Positions 9,463 to 20,287 of a stretch of DNA of 32,000 bases are shown here, piece after piece (within the stretch, counting starts at the first letter, position 1; each line of letters opens with the position of its first letter). The stretch comes from Candidatus Saccharimonadota bacterium (GTDB taxonomy: Bacteria; Bacteroidota; Bacteroidia; Flavobacteriales; Blattabacteriaceae). The notes beneath the pieces are model-generated. The model ran no database searches and was not told the DNA's origin. It saw nothing but the letters and a program-made list of their open reading frames with translations. The position numbers and the translations under genes were made by a program. Location: positions 360,001 to 392,000 of the forward strand of contig NZ_CP059223.1 of NCBI RefSeq assembly GCF_014252415.1, written 5' to 3'.

Positions 9463-9830
9463 AAAACTTCTTGTGCTAAAGATATAATTTTCATATATTC
9501 TTTTTCTCTTAATTCTCTAGCTACTGGACCAAATACTCTACTACCTATCATTTCTCCAGATGGATTAATTAATACACATGCATTATCATCAAAACTTATA
9601 TAAGAACCATCTTTTCTTCTAGTTTTTTTTTTTATTCTAATAATAACTGCTTTAGAAACCTGACCTTTCTTTATAGAAGTACTCCCAGGAATTGCTGATT
9701 TTATTGTAACAATTATAGAATCTGCTAATAAAGCATATCTTTTTTTAGAACCTCCTAACACTCTAATAACTAATGCTTCTTTTGCTCCAGTATTATCAGA
9801 AACCTTACATATCGATTCTTGTTGTAACAT
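9459..9830 (-). CDS. rplN: 50S ribosomal protein L14
   Basis: [18 protein letters not shown] and [13 protein letters not shown] motifs. Its TGA stop overlaps the rplX ATG (ATGA). Confidence 0.98.
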   Translation of the reverse strand: MLQQESICKVSDNTGAKEALVIRVLGGSKKRYALLADSIIVTIKSAIPGSTSIKKGQVSKAVIIRIKKKTRRKDGSYISFDDNACVLINPSGEMIGSRVFGPVARELREKEYMKIISLAQEVL

Positions 9831-9845
9831 GAACTCAATTTTTAT

Positions 9846-10091
9846 TTATTTTTTGGATAAAACAATCCAACATTTTTTTTTACTTATAGGACGTGTCTCC
9901 ATAATAGAAATTCTATCTCCATTTTTATGAAAATTTTTTTCATCATGAACTAAATATTTTTTTTTTTTTAATATTTCTTTTCCATAATATTTATGTTTAA
10001 TTTTACGTATTTCGCATACAACTATTGTTTTATTCATCTTATCACTTATAACAATTCCTTTTCTTTGTTTCCTGCTATTTTTTCTTTTCAT
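9846..10091 (-). CDS. rpsQ: 30S ribosomal protein S17
   Basis: RKQRKGIVISDKMNKTIVV... is S17-like; conserved position. Confidence 0.95.
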   Translation of the reverse strand: MKRKNSRKQRKGIVISDKMNKTIVVCEIRKIKHKYYGKEILKKKKYLVHDEKNFHKNGDRISIMETRPISKKKCWIVLSKK

Positions 10092-10293
10092 TTTTTAATT
10101 TTTTTATTAATTCTGTTTTCAATCTTGCAATAAACCTTCTTAAAACTTTAATTTTTTCATGATTCTTTATTCTATTAATGGAATGACTAAATTTTATATT
10201 TTTATATTTTTTTTCACTATTTTCAATATATTTATTTAAATCGATAATAGAACAATCTTGTATTTTTAATTTATTTTTTTTTAAATCATTCAT
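10075..10293 (-). CDS. rpmC: 50S ribosomal protein L29
   Basis: 72-aa helical Lys-rich protein in the invariant rplP-rpmC-rpsQ slot. The sequence is diverged, so the call rests largely on synteny. Confidence 0.85.
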   Translation of the reverse strand: MNDLKKNKLKIQDCSIIDLNKYIENSEKKYKNIKFSHSINRIKNHEKIKVLRRFIARLKTELIKKLKNEKKK

Positions 10294-10706
10294 AAATTAA
10301 ATTTTTTATAAATAAATTTCATTTTTATAGGAAGTTTTTGTGCAGCTAATCTTAATGCTTCTTTAGCAGTAGGAAAATCTACGCCATCAATTTCAAATAA
10401 AATTCTACCTGGTTTTACAATAGCTACCCAAAACTCAACAGGACCTTTTCCTTTTCCCATACGAACTTCTTGGGGCTTTTTAGTAGCGGGTTTATCTGGA
10501 AAAATATTGATCCATAATTTTCCTTCTCTTTTCATATACCTTGTTGCAGCAACACGTGCAGCCTCTAATTGTCTAGCAGATATCCAAGATGATCCTAAAG
10601 ATTTTATTCCATAAGAACCTCTAGAAAGAGAAACTCCTTTTTTTGAATTACCTCGAATACGTCCTTTTTGTTTTTTTTTGTACTTAGTTTTTTTAGGTTG
10701 TAACAT
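10290..10706 (-). CDS. rplP: 50S ribosomal protein L16
   Basis: The conserved start [16 protein letters not shown] is at the ATG at 10706, and the [14 protein letters not shown] motif is present. The ORF-track start at 10715 is a TTG three codons upstream. Confidence 0.97.
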   Translation of the reverse strand: MLQPKKTKYKKKQKGRIRGNSKKGVSLSRGSYGIKSLGSSWISARQLEAARVAATRYMKREGKLWINIFPDKPATKKPQEVRMGKGKGPVEFWVAIVKPGRILFEIDGVDFPTAKEALRLAAQKLPIKMKFIYKKFNL

Positions 10707-10711
10707 TATTA

Positions 10712-11419
10712 TCAATTATTTTTATTTTTTTTTCTATTAAAATTTTTTAGCTTCTTTTTTTTATGATAATGTGTTCCTAATAATGGATATAAATTCCTTT
10801 TTCCATAAACTTCCCCTTTCATAATCCAAACTTTTACACCTATACTTCCATAAATAGTATGAGCAACTTCCATGTGATAATCAACATCGGCACGAAAAGT
10901 ACCTAAAGAAATCCTTCCTTCTTTATAAGTTTCACACCTTGCCATTTCTGATCCATTTAATCTTCCAGAGATTTGAATTTTTATTCCAAATGCATTCATT
11001 CTCATTGCAGATAAAATAAACAATTTTATTAATTTTTTATAAGAAATTCTATTTTCTAGTTGTTTAACTACGCTTTTAGAAACTAAAGATGCATCCAATT
11101 CTGGTCTCTTTACCTCGGATATATTAATTTGTATTTCTTTTTTAGTTAATTTTTTTATTTCTTTTCTAACAGTATCTACTTCTTCACCTCTTTTACCTAT
11201 AATAAGAGCAGGTCTAGAAGTTCTAATTGTAATTGTGATAAATTTTAATGTTCTTTCTATAAAAATTCTTGATATTATTCCTTTAGGAAATCTAGCCTCG
11301 ATATATCCTCTTACTTTAAAATCTTCTTGTATTCTATCTTTATAATTGTTGCACCAACTGGATAACCATCCAGTTATAATTCCAAGACGGTTAACTATTG
11401 GATTTGTTTTTTGTCCCAT
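10712..11419 (-). CDS. rpsC: 30S ribosomal protein S3
   Basis: N-terminus [14 protein letters not shown] and KH-domain motif GKRGEEV; 235 aa. Confidence 0.97.
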   Translation of the reverse strand: MGQKTNPIVNRLGIITGWLSSWCNNYKDRIQEDFKVRGYIEARFPKGIISRIFIERTLKFITITIRTSRPALIIGKRGEEVDTVRKEIKKLTKKEIQINISEVKRPELDASLVSKSVVKQLENRISYKKLIKLFILSAMRMNAFGIKIQISGRLNGSEMARCETYKEGRISLGTFRADVDYHMEVAHTIYGSIGVKVWIMKGEVYGKRNLYPLLGTHYHKKKKLKNFNRKKNKNN

Positions 11420-11756
11420 GATAATTTTTTTTATCTATACAAATTGTGATATGACTTAATTTTTTTTTTATTCTATGACTTTTACCTTGAGGTACCGGTC
11501 TAATTCTTTTTATAATTTTTCCTTGATCAACTCTTATTTCTTTTATATAAAGAATTGATTTATTATCGTGATATTTATTATTCCAATTAGATAGTAAAGA
11601 TAAAATCAATTTTTTTATATTTAATGCTCCTCTTTTTTTACTACATAATGATAATATAGTTAATGCAGAATTAACTTCTTTATTTCGTATTAAATCAACA
11701 ATTAATCTAATTTTTCTAGGTGCCATTTTAAATCCTCTTAAAGATGCCGTAATCAT
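11391..11756 (-). CDS. rplV: 50S ribosomal protein L22
   Basis: [14 protein letters not shown] and [17 protein letters not shown] motifs. The 3' end overlaps rpsC by 29 nt. Confidence 0.95.
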   Translation of the reverse strand: MITASLRGFKMAPRKIRLIVDLIRNKEVNSALTILSLCSKKRGALNIKKLILSLLSNWNNKYHDNKSILYIKEIRVDQGKIIKRIRPVPQGKSHRIKKKLSHITICIDKKNYHGTKNKSNS

Positions 11757-11765
11757 AATTTTATA

Positions 11766-12065
11766 CTATTTTTTTTCATTAATATTTTTTGTTTTTATTC
11801 TATTTTTTGATCCTGAATGTCCTCTAAAAATCCTTGTTGGGGCAAATTCTCCTAGTTTATGTCCTATCATATTTTCTGTTATATAAACATTAATAAAAAT
11901 TTTTCCATTATGAATAGAAAAAGTTTGTCCCACAAAATCTGGTATTATAGTAGAAGATCTAGACCACGTTTTTATAATTAATTTTTTATTTAATTTTATA
12001 TTTTTCATTACTTTTTTTAGTAATTTATAATGAACATAAGGTCCTTTTTTTATAGATCTTGCCAT
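11766..12065 (-). CDS. rpsS: 30S ribosomal protein S19
   Basis: [11 protein letters not shown]... and [17 protein letters not shown] motifs. Confidence 0.97.
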   Translation of the reverse strand: MARSIKKGPYVHYKLLKKVMKNIKLNKKLIIKTWSRSSTIIPDFVGQTFSIHNGKIFINVYITENMIGHKLGEFAPTRIFRGHSGSKNRIKTKNINEKK

Positions 12066-12077
12066 AAAAAATAAAAT

Positions 12078-12902
12078 TTATTTTCTTTTTTTTATAATGT
12101 ATTTATTAGAATATTTTTTTCTTATTCTAGTTCTAAATCCTTTAGATGGTTTTCCTTTTCTACTTCTAGGAATACCTCCAGAAGCTTTTCCTTCCCCACC
12201 CCCCATTGGATGATCTATAGGATTCATTGCTACACCTCTTGTTCTAGGTCTTATTCCAATATGTCTAGATTTCCCAGCTTTTCCTAAGATTTCCAATTGA
12301 TGATCATGATTCGATACAGATCCTATTGTAGCCATACAATTAGACATAATCATTCTTGTTTCTCCAGAAGGTAATTTTATAGTAACATATTTATCTTCTT
12401 TTGCAGATATTTGCGCAAAAGATCCGGCACTTCTAGCTAATTTTGAACCCTGACCTGGTTTCAATTCTATACAAGAAATAATTGTACCTAGAGGGATTTC
12501 ACTTAATATTGTAGAATTTCCAATTTGAATTGGTATATTTTTTTTCCCGGAAATAATTTTATATCCTACTTTTAATCCATTTATAGCAATAATATATTTT
12601 TTTTCTCCATCTACATAGTGTAATAAAGCAATAAATGATGATCTATTAGGATCATATTCGATTGATTTTACGGTAGCTGAAATCATAAATTTTTTTCTTT
12701 TAAAATCAATAACTCTATATTTTTTTTTATGACCACCTCCAATATAACGCATAGTTCTTCGTCCATAATTATTTCTCCCCCCAGTTTTTAATTTTCCTAT
12801 CGTTAATTTTTTTTCGGGAAAGGAATTAGTAATTTGATCAAATTTATTTACAATTCTAAATCTTTGACTTGGTGTTATTGGTTTTAATTTCTTTGTTGCC
12901 AT
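12078..12902 (-). CDS. rplB: 50S ribosomal protein L2
   Basis: The conserved L2 N-terminus [16 protein letters not shown] starts at the ATG at 12900-12902, and the [15 protein letters not shown] and HPMGGGEGK motifs are present. The ORF-track version (to 13085) adds 61 non-conserved codons. These begin at a TTG inside rplW and are generated by the tandem repeat. Confidence 0.96.
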   Translation of the reverse strand: MATKKLKPITPSQRFRIVNKFDQITNSFPEKKLTIGKLKTGGRNNYGRRTMRYIGGGHKKKYRVIDFKRKKFMISATVKSIEYDPNRSSFIALLHYVDGEKKYIIAINGLKVGYKIISGKKNIPIQIGNSTILSEIPLGTIISCIELKPGQGSKLARSAGSFAQISAKEDKYVTIKLPSGETRMIMSNCMATIGSVSNHDHQLEILGKAGKSRHIGIRPRTRGVAMNPIDHPMGGGEGKASGGIPRSRKGKPSKGFRTRIRKKYSNKYIIKKRK

Positions 12903-13329
12903 TGGAATTATTTTTATCACTTGTAGTTTCTTTATTGATAGTAGTTTCTTTATTGATAGTAGTTTCTTTATTGATAGTAGTTTCTTTATTGATAGTAGTT
13001 TCTTTATTGATAGTAGTTTCTTTATTGATAGTAGTTTCTTTGTTAATAGATGATTGATTAAAAATGATTTTACTATTTTTATCAAATTTTATAATAACTT
13101 TCTTGAAACGATCCATTTGTCCTTTTAAAAAACCCTTTTTTGAAAATTTAGATTTATCTTTTTTAGGATAAATCATAGTATTTACTTCAATGACATTAAA
13201 TCCAAATAAATTAAAAATTTCTTTTTTTATTTGTTTTTTATTATATTTTTTATTTACAATAAATGTATAAAAATTATTTTTTTCATTTATTAATGATTTT
13301 TTAGTTATAGCAGATTTTATAATAATCAT
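12856..13329 (-). CDS. rplW: 50S ribosomal protein L23 with a repeat-encoded C-terminal extension
   Basis: The first ~95 aa ([13 protein letters not shown]...NVIEVNTM...[16 protein letters not shown]) match the L23 family in sequence and length. The frame then continues through seven INKETT units plus 21 further codons to TAG at 12856-12858, which is 47 nt inside rplB. Confidence 0.93.
   Translation of the reverse strand: MIIIKSAITKKSLINEKNNFYTFIVNKKYNKKQIKKEIFNLFGFNVIEVNTMIYPKKDKSKFSKKGFLKGQMDRFKKVIIKFDKNSKIIFNQSSINKETTINKETTINKETTINKETTINKETTINKETTINKETTSDKNNSNGNKEIKTNNTKSKI
12923..13048. repeat. 18-bp tandem repeat, 7 copies (6 perfect and 1 with two substitutions)
   Basis: The plus-strand unit GTAGTTTCTTTATTGATA starts at 12923, 12941, 12959, 12977, 12995 and 13013. 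The copy at 13031-13048 reads GTAGTTTCTTTGTTAATA. All copies were read directly from the sequence. Confidence 0.98.
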
Positions 13330-13337
13330 AAATATAT

Positions 13338-13976
13338 TTATTTTTTAACATCAAAAAATAATTTTTGAAATTTATTTACAGAATTTTCAAATAATATAAT
13401 ATATGAACAATTCAATAAATAAAAACAAGTAACATCATTAATATTAATTATATTACATCTTTTTATATTTCTAAATGATAAATATAAATTTTTATCGAAT
13501 TTTTCATTTATTATTAAAACTTTTTCTTTAAAAAATCCTATAGAATTTAATAATTTTAATACAATTTTAGTCTTAGGTTTTTTCAATTTTATATTTTTAA
13601 CAATTTTAATTTCATTTTTTAATAATTTATGTTCTATAACGTATTTTTTTGCTATATTTTTAACTTTTTTATTAACTTTTATTGAATATTTTCTAGGTTT
13701 AGGACCAAAAATTCTACCCCCCCCCCTAAAAATTGGGTTTTTTATATCTCCTTTTCTAGATCCTCCAGTACCTTTCTGTCTATGTAATTTTCTATTACTA
13801 CCAGATAATTCACTTTTTTCTTTAGATTTATGTGTACCTTGACGTTGAGAAAATAAATATCTTTTTATTTCTAAATAAACAGAATGATCATAATTTTTTT
13901 TAAAAAAATTTTTATTATTAAAATTTATTTTTTTTTTTGTAAAATTTCCTTCAAAATCTAGTATATTTAGTTCCAT
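13338..13976 (-). CDS. rplD: 50S ribosomal protein L4
   Basis: [29 protein letters not shown] motif; 212 aa; S10-operon position. Confidence 0.96.
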   Translation of the reverse strand: MELNILDFEGNFTKKKINFNNKNFFKKNYDHSVYLEIKRYLFSQRQGTHKSKEKSELSGSNRKLHRQKGTGGSRKGDIKNPIFRGGGRIFGPKPRKYSIKVNKKVKNIAKKYVIEHKLLKNEIKIVKNIKLKKPKTKIVLKLLNSIGFFKEKVLIINEKFDKNLYLSFRNIKRCNIININDVTCFYLLNCSYIILFENSVNKFQKLFFDVKK

Positions 13977-14608
13977 ACTTTCTTTTTAATTGTTAAATAT
14001 GAATTTTTATTACCTGGAACTGATCCTCTTAAAATTAATAAACCTGGATCGGTATCTAATTTCAATATTTTAATATTTTTAATGGTAATTCTACTATTCC
14101 CCATTCTACCAGCCATTTTTTTTCCTTTAAAAACCCTAGATGGAGTTGATCCAGCCCCTATTGATCCAGGAGATCTTAAACGATTATGTTGTCCATGACT
14201 CCTTTCTCCTACTCCAGAGAAATTATGTCTTTTTACTACACCTTGAAACCCCTTTCCTTTAGAAACTCCAACTACATCCACAAAATCTCCTACTTGAAAT
14301 ATATTAATATTAATTAATTGTCCTACTTTATAGGATAATTCATCAAAATCACCTCTAAATTCTACCAGTTTTTTCTTAGGAGATAATCCAATTTTTTTAA
14401 AATGTCCTAATAAAGGTTTATTAGTTGTTCTTTCATTTTTTTCATCAGTTCCTATTTGAATTGATGAATATCCATCATTTTTTATTGTTTTTATTTGAAT
14501 TATATAACAAGGATTGACATGAATTATAGTACAAGGTACATTAATTCCATTATCTAAATAAATATTTGTCATTCCCATGTTTTTTCCTATCAATCCAATT
14601 GTTTTCAT
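13967..14608 (-). CDS. rplC: 50S ribosomal protein L3
   Basis: [15 protein letters not shown] and [14 protein letters not shown] motifs; 213 aa. Confidence 0.97.
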   Translation of the reverse strand: MKTIGLIGKNMGMTNIYLDNGINVPCTIIHVNPCYIIQIKTIKNDGYSSIQIGTDEKNERTTNKPLLGHFKKIGLSPKKKLVEFRGDFDELSYKVGQLININIFQVGDFVDVVGVSKGKGFQGVVKRHNFSGVGERSHGQHNRLRSPGSIGAGSTPSRVFKGKKMAGRMGNSRITIKNIKILKLDTDPGLLILRGSVPGNKNSYLTIKKKVWN

Positions 14609-14913
14609 TATACTTTTATTTCTGCTTCTACTCCACTAGGTAATTCCAATTTCATTAATGCATCTACCGTTTTTGACGATGCATTATTTATTTGTAAAAG
14701 TCTTTTATGCGTAGGTAAAAAAAATTGTTCTCTAGATTTTTTATTTGCATGTGGAGATCTTAATATAGTATATGTTTTTTTTTCCGTTGGTAATGGTACT
14801 GGACCATTTAATACAACTCCAGTTGGAATTACTGAATTAACAATTTTTTCGGCAGATTTGTCCAATAAATTATAATCATAAGATTTTAATTTTATCTTAA
14901 TATTGTATCCCAT
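14608..14913 (-). CDS. rpsJ: 30S ribosomal protein S10
   Basis: [14 protein letters not shown] and [14 protein letters not shown] motifs. Its stop overlaps the rplC start by 1 nt (TAATG). Confidence 0.97.
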   Translation of the reverse strand: MGYNIKIKLKSYDYNLLDKSAEKIVNSVIPTGVVLNGPVPLPTEKKTYTILRSPHANKKSREQFFLPTHKRLLQINNASSKTVDALMKLELPSGVEAEIKV

Positions 14914-14924
14914 AATAAAATGTT

Positions 14925-17027
14925 TTATTTTTTTTCATTTTTGTCACTTTTTTTTGTTAAAATATTATTCATAATTGAATCAGAAACAACATAATAATGA
15001 GAAAATTCCATTGTAGATGTACCCCTACCAGAGGTAAGTGTACGTAATGAAGTCACATAACCAAACATTTCAGATAATGGAACCATCACATTAATTATTT
15101 TAATATTTTTCTTATCCCCCATATTTTGTATAACCCCTCTTCTTTTATTTAAATCACCTATAACATCCCCCATATTTTCCTCAGGTATAATTACTTCTAA
15201 TTTCATTATAGGTTCTAATAAAACGGGATTAGCTTTTTTTGATGCGGATCTAAAAGCAAATTTCCCCGCTAATTCAAAAGATAATTGATCAGAATCAACA
15301 GAATGATAAGAACCATCTAATATAGTAACTTTTGCGCTATCTATTTCATAACCACATAAAGGTCCATTTTTCATCATTTCTTTACATCCCTTTTCTATAG
15401 ATGGAATATATTCTTTAGGAATATTTCCTCCTTTTATCTTACTAATAAAAGTTAAACCAGGTTTTCCTGATTCACCTGGTTCTATTTTAAGTAAAATATC
15501 AGCAAATTTTCCTCTACCTCCAGTTTGTTTTTTATAAATTTCTCTATGTTCTATACATTTTGTTAATGATTCTTTATACTCAACTTGAGGTTTTCCTTGA
15601 TTAACTTCAACGTGAAATTCTCTTTTCATTCTATCTATAATTATTTCTAGATGTAATTCCCCCATTCCAGATATAATGGTTTGACCAGTATATTCGTCAG
15701 TTCTAACTTGAAATGTTGGATCTTCTTCCATTAATTTAGATAATGCTATACTCATTTTATCAATATCTGATTTATATTTAGGTTCAATAGCTAAACCAAT
15801 TACAGGATCAGGAAAAAATATTTTTTCTAATAAAATTGGATTTTTTTCATCACACAGAGTATCTCCAGTTTTAATATCTTTAAATCCAACTATTGCAGCA
15901 ATATCTCCAGCTTTTACTTCCTGAACTGGATTTTGTTTATTAGCATGCATCTGATATATTCTAGATATTCTTTCTTTATTTCCAGATCTAGAATTAAAAC
16001 TATAAGAACCAGGATTTATTTTACCAGAATATACTCTAAAAAAAGCTAATCGTCCTACAAATGGATCTGTAGATATTTTGAACGCTAATGCAGAAAATGG
16101 ATTATTTTCATCTGGTTTTCTATATATTTTATCTTTATTAATTGGATGAATTCCTATAATATCTTTCATATCAATTGGTGAAGGTAAAAATTTACAAATA
16201 GCATCCAACATAGATTGAACCCCTTTATTTTTAAAAGCAGCGCCACATAATATTGGTATAATTTTCATTTCAATTGTATTTTTACGTAAAGATTCAATAA
16301 TCTCATTTTCTGATATAGAAGATTTACCATATAAAAATTTTTCCATTATTTTATCATCAAATTCAGATAAAATTTCAATAATATTATTTTTATATTTTTT
16401 AGTTATATTTTTCATGTTATCTGGAATAGATGTTATTTCATATGTCATTCCATAATCTTTATCTTTCCATATTATAGCTTGATTAGAAATTAAATCTACT
16501 ACACCCTTAAAATTATCTCCAGAACCAATAGGTATTTGTATAGGTACTGAATTAGCCCCTAAAATTTTTTTTATTTGAATACAAACATCTAAAAAATTAG
16601 CTCCTTGTCTATCCATTTTATTAACAAAAGCTATTCTAGGTATTTCATATTTATCAGCTTGTCTCCATACTGTTTCCGATTGAGGTTCAACTCCATCAAC
16701 TGCACTAAATAATACAACCATCCCATCTAAAACTCTCATCGATCTTTCAACTTCCACAGTAAAATCAACATGTCCAGGTGTATCTATTATATTAATATAA
16801 TATTTTTCATTATTATAAATCCATTCACAACGTGTAGCAGCAGAAGTTATTGTTATCCCTCGTTCTTGCTCTTGTAACATCCAATCCATAGTAGCTGCAC
16901 CATCATGGACTTCTCCTATTTTATGATTAATTCCTGTATAAAATAATATTCTTTCCGTTGTGGTAGTTTTACCTGCATCAATATGTGCAACAATACCTAT
17001 ATTTCTATTATATTCTATTTTTTTCAT
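14925..17027 (-). CDS. fusA: Translation elongation factor G
   Basis: 700 aa. G-domain motifs [17 protein letters not shown] and NKMD are present. It is followed directly by rpsJ with no tuf, as in Bacteroidota. Confidence 0.98.
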   Translation of the reverse strand: MKKIEYNRNIGIVAHIDAGKTTTTERILFYTGINHKIGEVHDGAATMDWMLQEQERGITITSAATRCEWIYNNEKYYINIIDTPGHVDFTVEVERSMRVLDGMVVLFSAVDGVEPQSETVWRQADKYEIPRIAFVNKMDRQGANFLDVCIQIKKILGANSVPIQIPIGSGDNFKGVVDLISNQAIIWKDKDYGMTYEITSIPDNMKNITKKYKNNIIEILSEFDDKIMEKFLYGKSSISENEIIESLRKNTIEMKIIPILCGAAFKNKGVQSMLDAICKFLPSPIDMKDIIGIHPINKDKIYRKPDENNPFSALAFKISTDPFVGRLAFFRVYSGKINPGSYSFNSRSGNKERISRIYQMHANKQNPVQEVKAGDIAAIVGFKDIKTGDTLCDEKNPILLEKIFFPDPVIGLAIEPKYKSDIDKMSIALSKLMEEDPTFQVRTDEYTGQTIISGMGELHLEIIIDRMKREFHVEVNQGKPQVEYKESLTKCIEHREIYKKQTGGRGKFADILLKIEPGESGKPGLTFISKIKGGNIPKEYIPSIEKGCKEMMKNGPLCGYEIDSAKVTILDGSYHSVDSDQLSFELAGKFAFRSASKKANPVLLEPIMKLEVIIPEENMGDVIGDLNKRRGVIQNMGDKKNIKIINVMVPLSEMFGYVTSLRTLTSGRGTSTMEFSHYYVVSDSIMNNILTKKSDKNEKK

Positions 17028-17032
17028 AGAAA

Positions 17033-17509
17033 TCAGAATCTAAAATGTGAAAATGCTTTATTAGCTTCAGCCATTTTATGTATATTTTCTTTTCTTTTTA
17101 TAGATTCACCTTGTTCATTAAAAGCATCCCATATTTCAAATGCTAATTTATTAGCCATGGTTTTTTCATTTCTTATTGATGCACAAGTCACTAATAATTT
17201 CATAGCTTTTGTAATTTTACTACTAGAAGAAATTGGGACTGGTATTTGAATATTTGACCCCCCCATTCTACGACTTCTTACTTCTACATGTGGAGTAACA
17301 TTTTTTAAACTTTCTTTCCATATTTCTACCGAAGATTTTTTTTCATTTTTTTTAATTAAATCAATTTTTTTCATTGCATTATAAAATATTTTATATGCTA
17401 AACTTTTTTTTCCATTCTTCATTATATGATTTACAAAACGTGTTATAAGAATATCATTAAATTTTGGATCAGGTATATAAATTTTTATTCTTCTTTTAAT
17501 TTTTCTCAT
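17033..17509 (-). CDS. rpsG: 30S ribosomal protein S7
   Basis: 158 aa; [26 protein letters not shown] and the C-terminus [11 protein letters not shown]. Confidence 0.97.
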   Translation of the reverse strand: MRKIKRRIKIYIPDPKFNDILITRFVNHIMKNGKKSLAYKIFYNAMKKIDLIKKNEKKSSVEIWKESLKNVTPHVEVRSRRMGGSNIQIPVPISSSSKITKAMKLLVTCASIRNEKTMANKLAFEIWDAFNEQGESIKRKENIHKMAEANKAFSHFRF

Positions 17510-17880
17510 TTTTTTTTCATTTTTGTTCCATATTTACTTCTACTTCTTTTTCTTCCATTAACCCCGGCAGTATCTCTTGCTCCTCTTATTATTTTATATT
17601 TTACACCAGGTAAATCTTTTACACGTCCTCCTTTCACTAATACAATAGAATGTTCTTGAAGATTATGTCCTTCTCCTGTTATGTAACTAATGACTTCCTT
17701 ACCATTTGTGAATCGTACTCTTGCTACTTTTCTCATTGCAGAATTAGGTTTTTTTGGAGTAGTAGTATAAACTCTAGTACATACTCCTTTTTTTTGAGGA
17801 CAAAATTCTAAAGCAATGGATTTTCTTTTTTTTGAATTAGAAATTCTACCTTTTCTAATTAGTTGTTGTATAGTAGGCAT
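17506..17880 (-). CDS. rpsL: 30S ribosomal protein S12
   Basis: The conserved start [12 protein letters not shown] is at the ATG at 17878-17880, and the [15 protein letters not shown] motif is present. The 37 upstream codons in the ORF track overlap map and are not conserved. Its TGA stop overlaps the rpsG ATG. Confidence 0.97.
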   Translation of the reverse strand: MPTIQQLIRKGRISNSKKRKSIALEFCPQKKGVCTRVYTTTPKKPNSAMRKVARVRFTNGKEVISYITGEGHNLQEHSIVLVKGGRVKDLPGVKYKIIRGARDTAGVNGRKRSRSKYGTKMKKK

Positions 17881-17887
17881 AATAAAT

Positions 17888-18709
17888 TTAAAATTTAATT
17901 TTTTTATTTTGAAATGGTTTCTCCTCATCCGAGAAAATATTAAGTTCATCATAAATATAACTAAAAGTAGATAGAAGACAAGGTTTACCATCTATAATTG
18001 CTATATTATGTTCATAATGAGATGAATTTTTTTTATCTAAGGTAGTAATAGTCCAACCGTCTTTGTGAAAGATTATATCAGATTTTCCTAAATTCACCAT
18101 AGGTTCGATTGACAATACAAATCCATTTTTTAATTCAATTCCTTCTCCTTTTTTTCCAAAATTAGGAATTTGAGGATCTTCGTGCATTTTTTTTCCTATT
18201 CCATGACCTACTAAATCCTTTACTATAGTAAATCCATTTTTTTCTATAAAAGATTGAATAGAAAATCCTATATCACCTATTTTATTTCCAGAAATACATT
18301 GGGAAATCCCAATATAAAGAGATTTTTTAGAACAAGATAAAAATTTTCTATTTTTTTTTGATATATTTCCAACTTCAAAAGTATAAGCGTGTTCTCCATA
18401 AAACCCATTCATATATACACCACAATCTACAGATAAAATATCGCCATTTAATAATACATTTTTATTGGGTACCCCATGTACTACTTGGTAATTTGGAGAT
18501 ACACATAATGTATTTGGATAGTTATATAACCCTAAAAAAGCTGGTTTTCCTCCATGATCAATAATAAAGTTTTTTGCTAGTTTATCTAAATAAATAGTAT
18601 TAATTCCGGGTTTTATTTCCTTTGCCAACATACCTAAAGTTTTAGATGCTAAAAATGCACTTTTTTTTATTAATATTATTTCTTCAATAGTTTTTATCAA
18701 AATATTCAT
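17888..18709 (-). CDS. map: Methionine aminopeptidase, type I
   Basis: Metal-ligand regions [41 protein letters not shown] and HYEHNIAI are present. I chose the ATG at 18709 ([11 protein letters not shown]...). The ORF-track start at 18751 would overlap gpmI. Confidence 0.95.
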   Translation of the reverse strand: MNILIKTIEEIILIKKSAFLASKTLGMLAKEIKPGINTIYLDKLAKNFIIDHGGKPAFLGLYNYPNTLCVSPNYQVVHGVPNKNVLLNGDILSVDCGVYMNGFYGEHAYTFEVGNISKKNRKFLSCSKKSLYIGISQCISGNKIGDIGFSIQSFIEKNGFTIVKDLVGHGIGKKMHEDPQIPNFGKKGEGIELKNGFVLSIEPMVNLGKSDIIFHKDGWTITTLDKKNSSHYEHNIAIIDGKPCLLSTFSYIYDELNIFSDEEKPFQNKKIKF

Positions 18710-18713
18710 AAAA

Positions 18714-20261
18714 TTAATTATTGTTATTTCTATTAATAATAGAAAATCCATTCATATCATCAGGAACAGGTAGTTTCATTAGATTTAAAATAGTTGGTGC
18801 AATATCACATAATGAACTATTTTTATTTAAAATAATATTATTCTTTTTTATATTATTATCTAATAAAATAAATGGTACCAAAGAATTACTATGAGATGTA
18901 TTTAAACTACCATTTGTATTAATCATATAATCTGCATTACCATGATCTCCTACAATAATAACTGTATACATATTATGTAATGCTACATTTGAACATTCTT
19001 TAACACATTTATCAACAATTTCACATGCTTTTATAGTTTGAATCATATTTCCTGTATGTCCAACCATATCTGGATTTGCAAAATTTATACAAATAAAATC
19101 AAATTCTTTTTTTTTTATTTTTGGAATAATTTTTTTTACGATTTTTATTGCACTCATTTCAGGTTTAATATCGTAAGTTTTTACATTTGGTGATGGACAT
19201 AAAATTCTTACTTCTTTATCAAACGGTTTTTCTCTTCCACCAGAAAAAAAGAAAGTAATATGAGGATATTTTTCTGTTTCTGCTATACGAATTTGTTTTT
19301 TCCCTTCTTTTGATAAAATTTCTCCTAGCGTATTTGATAAATTTTCTTTTTCAAAAATTGAAATAATATTTTTATATTTTTCATTAAAAGATGTCATTGT
19401 TATGTAATGCGAAAGATTAATATTATTATAATTTTTTATTTCGAAATTATTATTTGTTAATAATTCTGTTATCTGTCTAGATCTATCTGAACGATAATTA
19501 AAACAAAAGACAATATCTCCATTTTCTATTTTTGAAATAGGTTGATTATTTTTATCTATCATTATTAATGGAGATAAAAATTCATCCGTTTTTTTCATCT
19601 TATAAAAATTTTCTATAGAATTTATAATATTATTAGTATAAGTTCCTTTAGAATTTACCATAGCATCATATGCTATTTTTGTTCTATCCCATTTTAAATT
19701 TCTATCCATTGCATAAAATCTTCCAATAACAGATGATAATTGTCCAACATATTTATTAGTTATAGTTAATAATTTTTTTATATAATGAATTCCGTTATAT
19801 GGAGAAGTATCTCTACCATCCATAAATGCATGAATAAATACATTTTTTAAATTATTTTCATGAAATATTTTAAGTAAATATAATAAATGATTTATATGAG
19901 AATGAACTCCCCCATCTGAAAGAAGCCCAATAAAATGAATTTTTTTATTATAAGAAATATTTTTGAATATATTATTTATTTTTTTGGTAAAAAATCCATT
20001 TTTTATAGATATATTAATTTTTTTTAAACTTTGAATAACTCTTCTTCCAGAACCTATATTGATATGTCCAACTTCAGAATTCCCCACTTGTTTATTAGGT
20101 AATCCTACATATTTTCCAGATGCATTTAATTTACTATTTGGATAATTTTTAATACAAAAATCTATAAATGGAGTATATGCTTTAGCTATTGCAGAAACAG
20201 ATTGATTTTCGATCGATGTTACTCCCCATCCATCTAAAATTATCAACATTAATTTTTTCAT
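18714..20261 (-). CDS. gpmI: 2,3-bisphosphoglycerate-independent phosphoglycerate mutase
   Basis: 515 aa. It has the N-terminus LIILDGWG, the catalytic-Ser region GNSEVGHINIGSGR and the C-terminal motif GDHGNAD. Confidence 0.97.
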   Translation of the reverse strand: MKKLMLIILDGWGVTSIENQSVSAIAKAYTPFIDFCIKNYPNSKLNASGKYVGLPNKQVGNSEVGHINIGSGRRVIQSLKKINISIKNGFFTKKINNIFKNISYNKKIHFIGLLSDGGVHSHINHLLYLLKIFHENNLKNVFIHAFMDGRDTSPYNGIHYIKKLLTITNKYVGQLSSVIGRFYAMDRNLKWDRTKIAYDAMVNSKGTYTNNIINSIENFYKMKKTDEFLSPLIMIDKNNQPISKIENGDIVFCFNYRSDRSRQITELLTNNNFEIKNYNNINLSHYITMTSFNEKYKNIISIFEKENLSNTLGEILSKEGKKQIRIAETEKYPHITFFFSGGREKPFDKEVRILCPSPNVKTYDIKPEMSAIKIVKKIIPKIKKKEFDFICINFANPDMVGHTGNMIQTIKACEIVDKCVKECSNVALHNMYTVIIVGDHGNADYMINTNGSLNTSHSNSLVPFILLDNNIKKNNIILNKNSSLCDIAPTILNLMKLPVPDDMNGFSIINRNNNN

Positions 20262-20287
20262 TATAAAATATAAAAATTATCAATTAT

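Noticed and set aside
12869-13057. Plus-strand 62-aa ORF (VVSLLI repeats).
   Set aside because: It is antisense to rplW and rplB and is a by-product of the tandem repeat being stop-free on this strand. It has no independent support.
12903-13085. The 61-codon N-terminal extension of the rplB ORF in the track ([29 protein letters not shown]...).
   Set aside because: It starts at a TTG inside rplW and consists of the tandem repeat read in a second frame. The universally conserved L2 N-terminus ([15 protein letters not shown]) begins at the ATG at 12902. The extension is kept only as a low-probability isoform in a finding.
17881-17991. Upstream extensions of several ORF-track genes: rpsL to 17991, map to 18751, rplF to 8028, rplM to 22709, rplP to 10715 and yidC to 31178. 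These create apparent long overlaps.
   Set aside because: The conserved N-termini start at internal ATGs. Several of the track starts are TTG codons. Trimming removes the implausible overlaps, for example 104 nt between rpsL and map.
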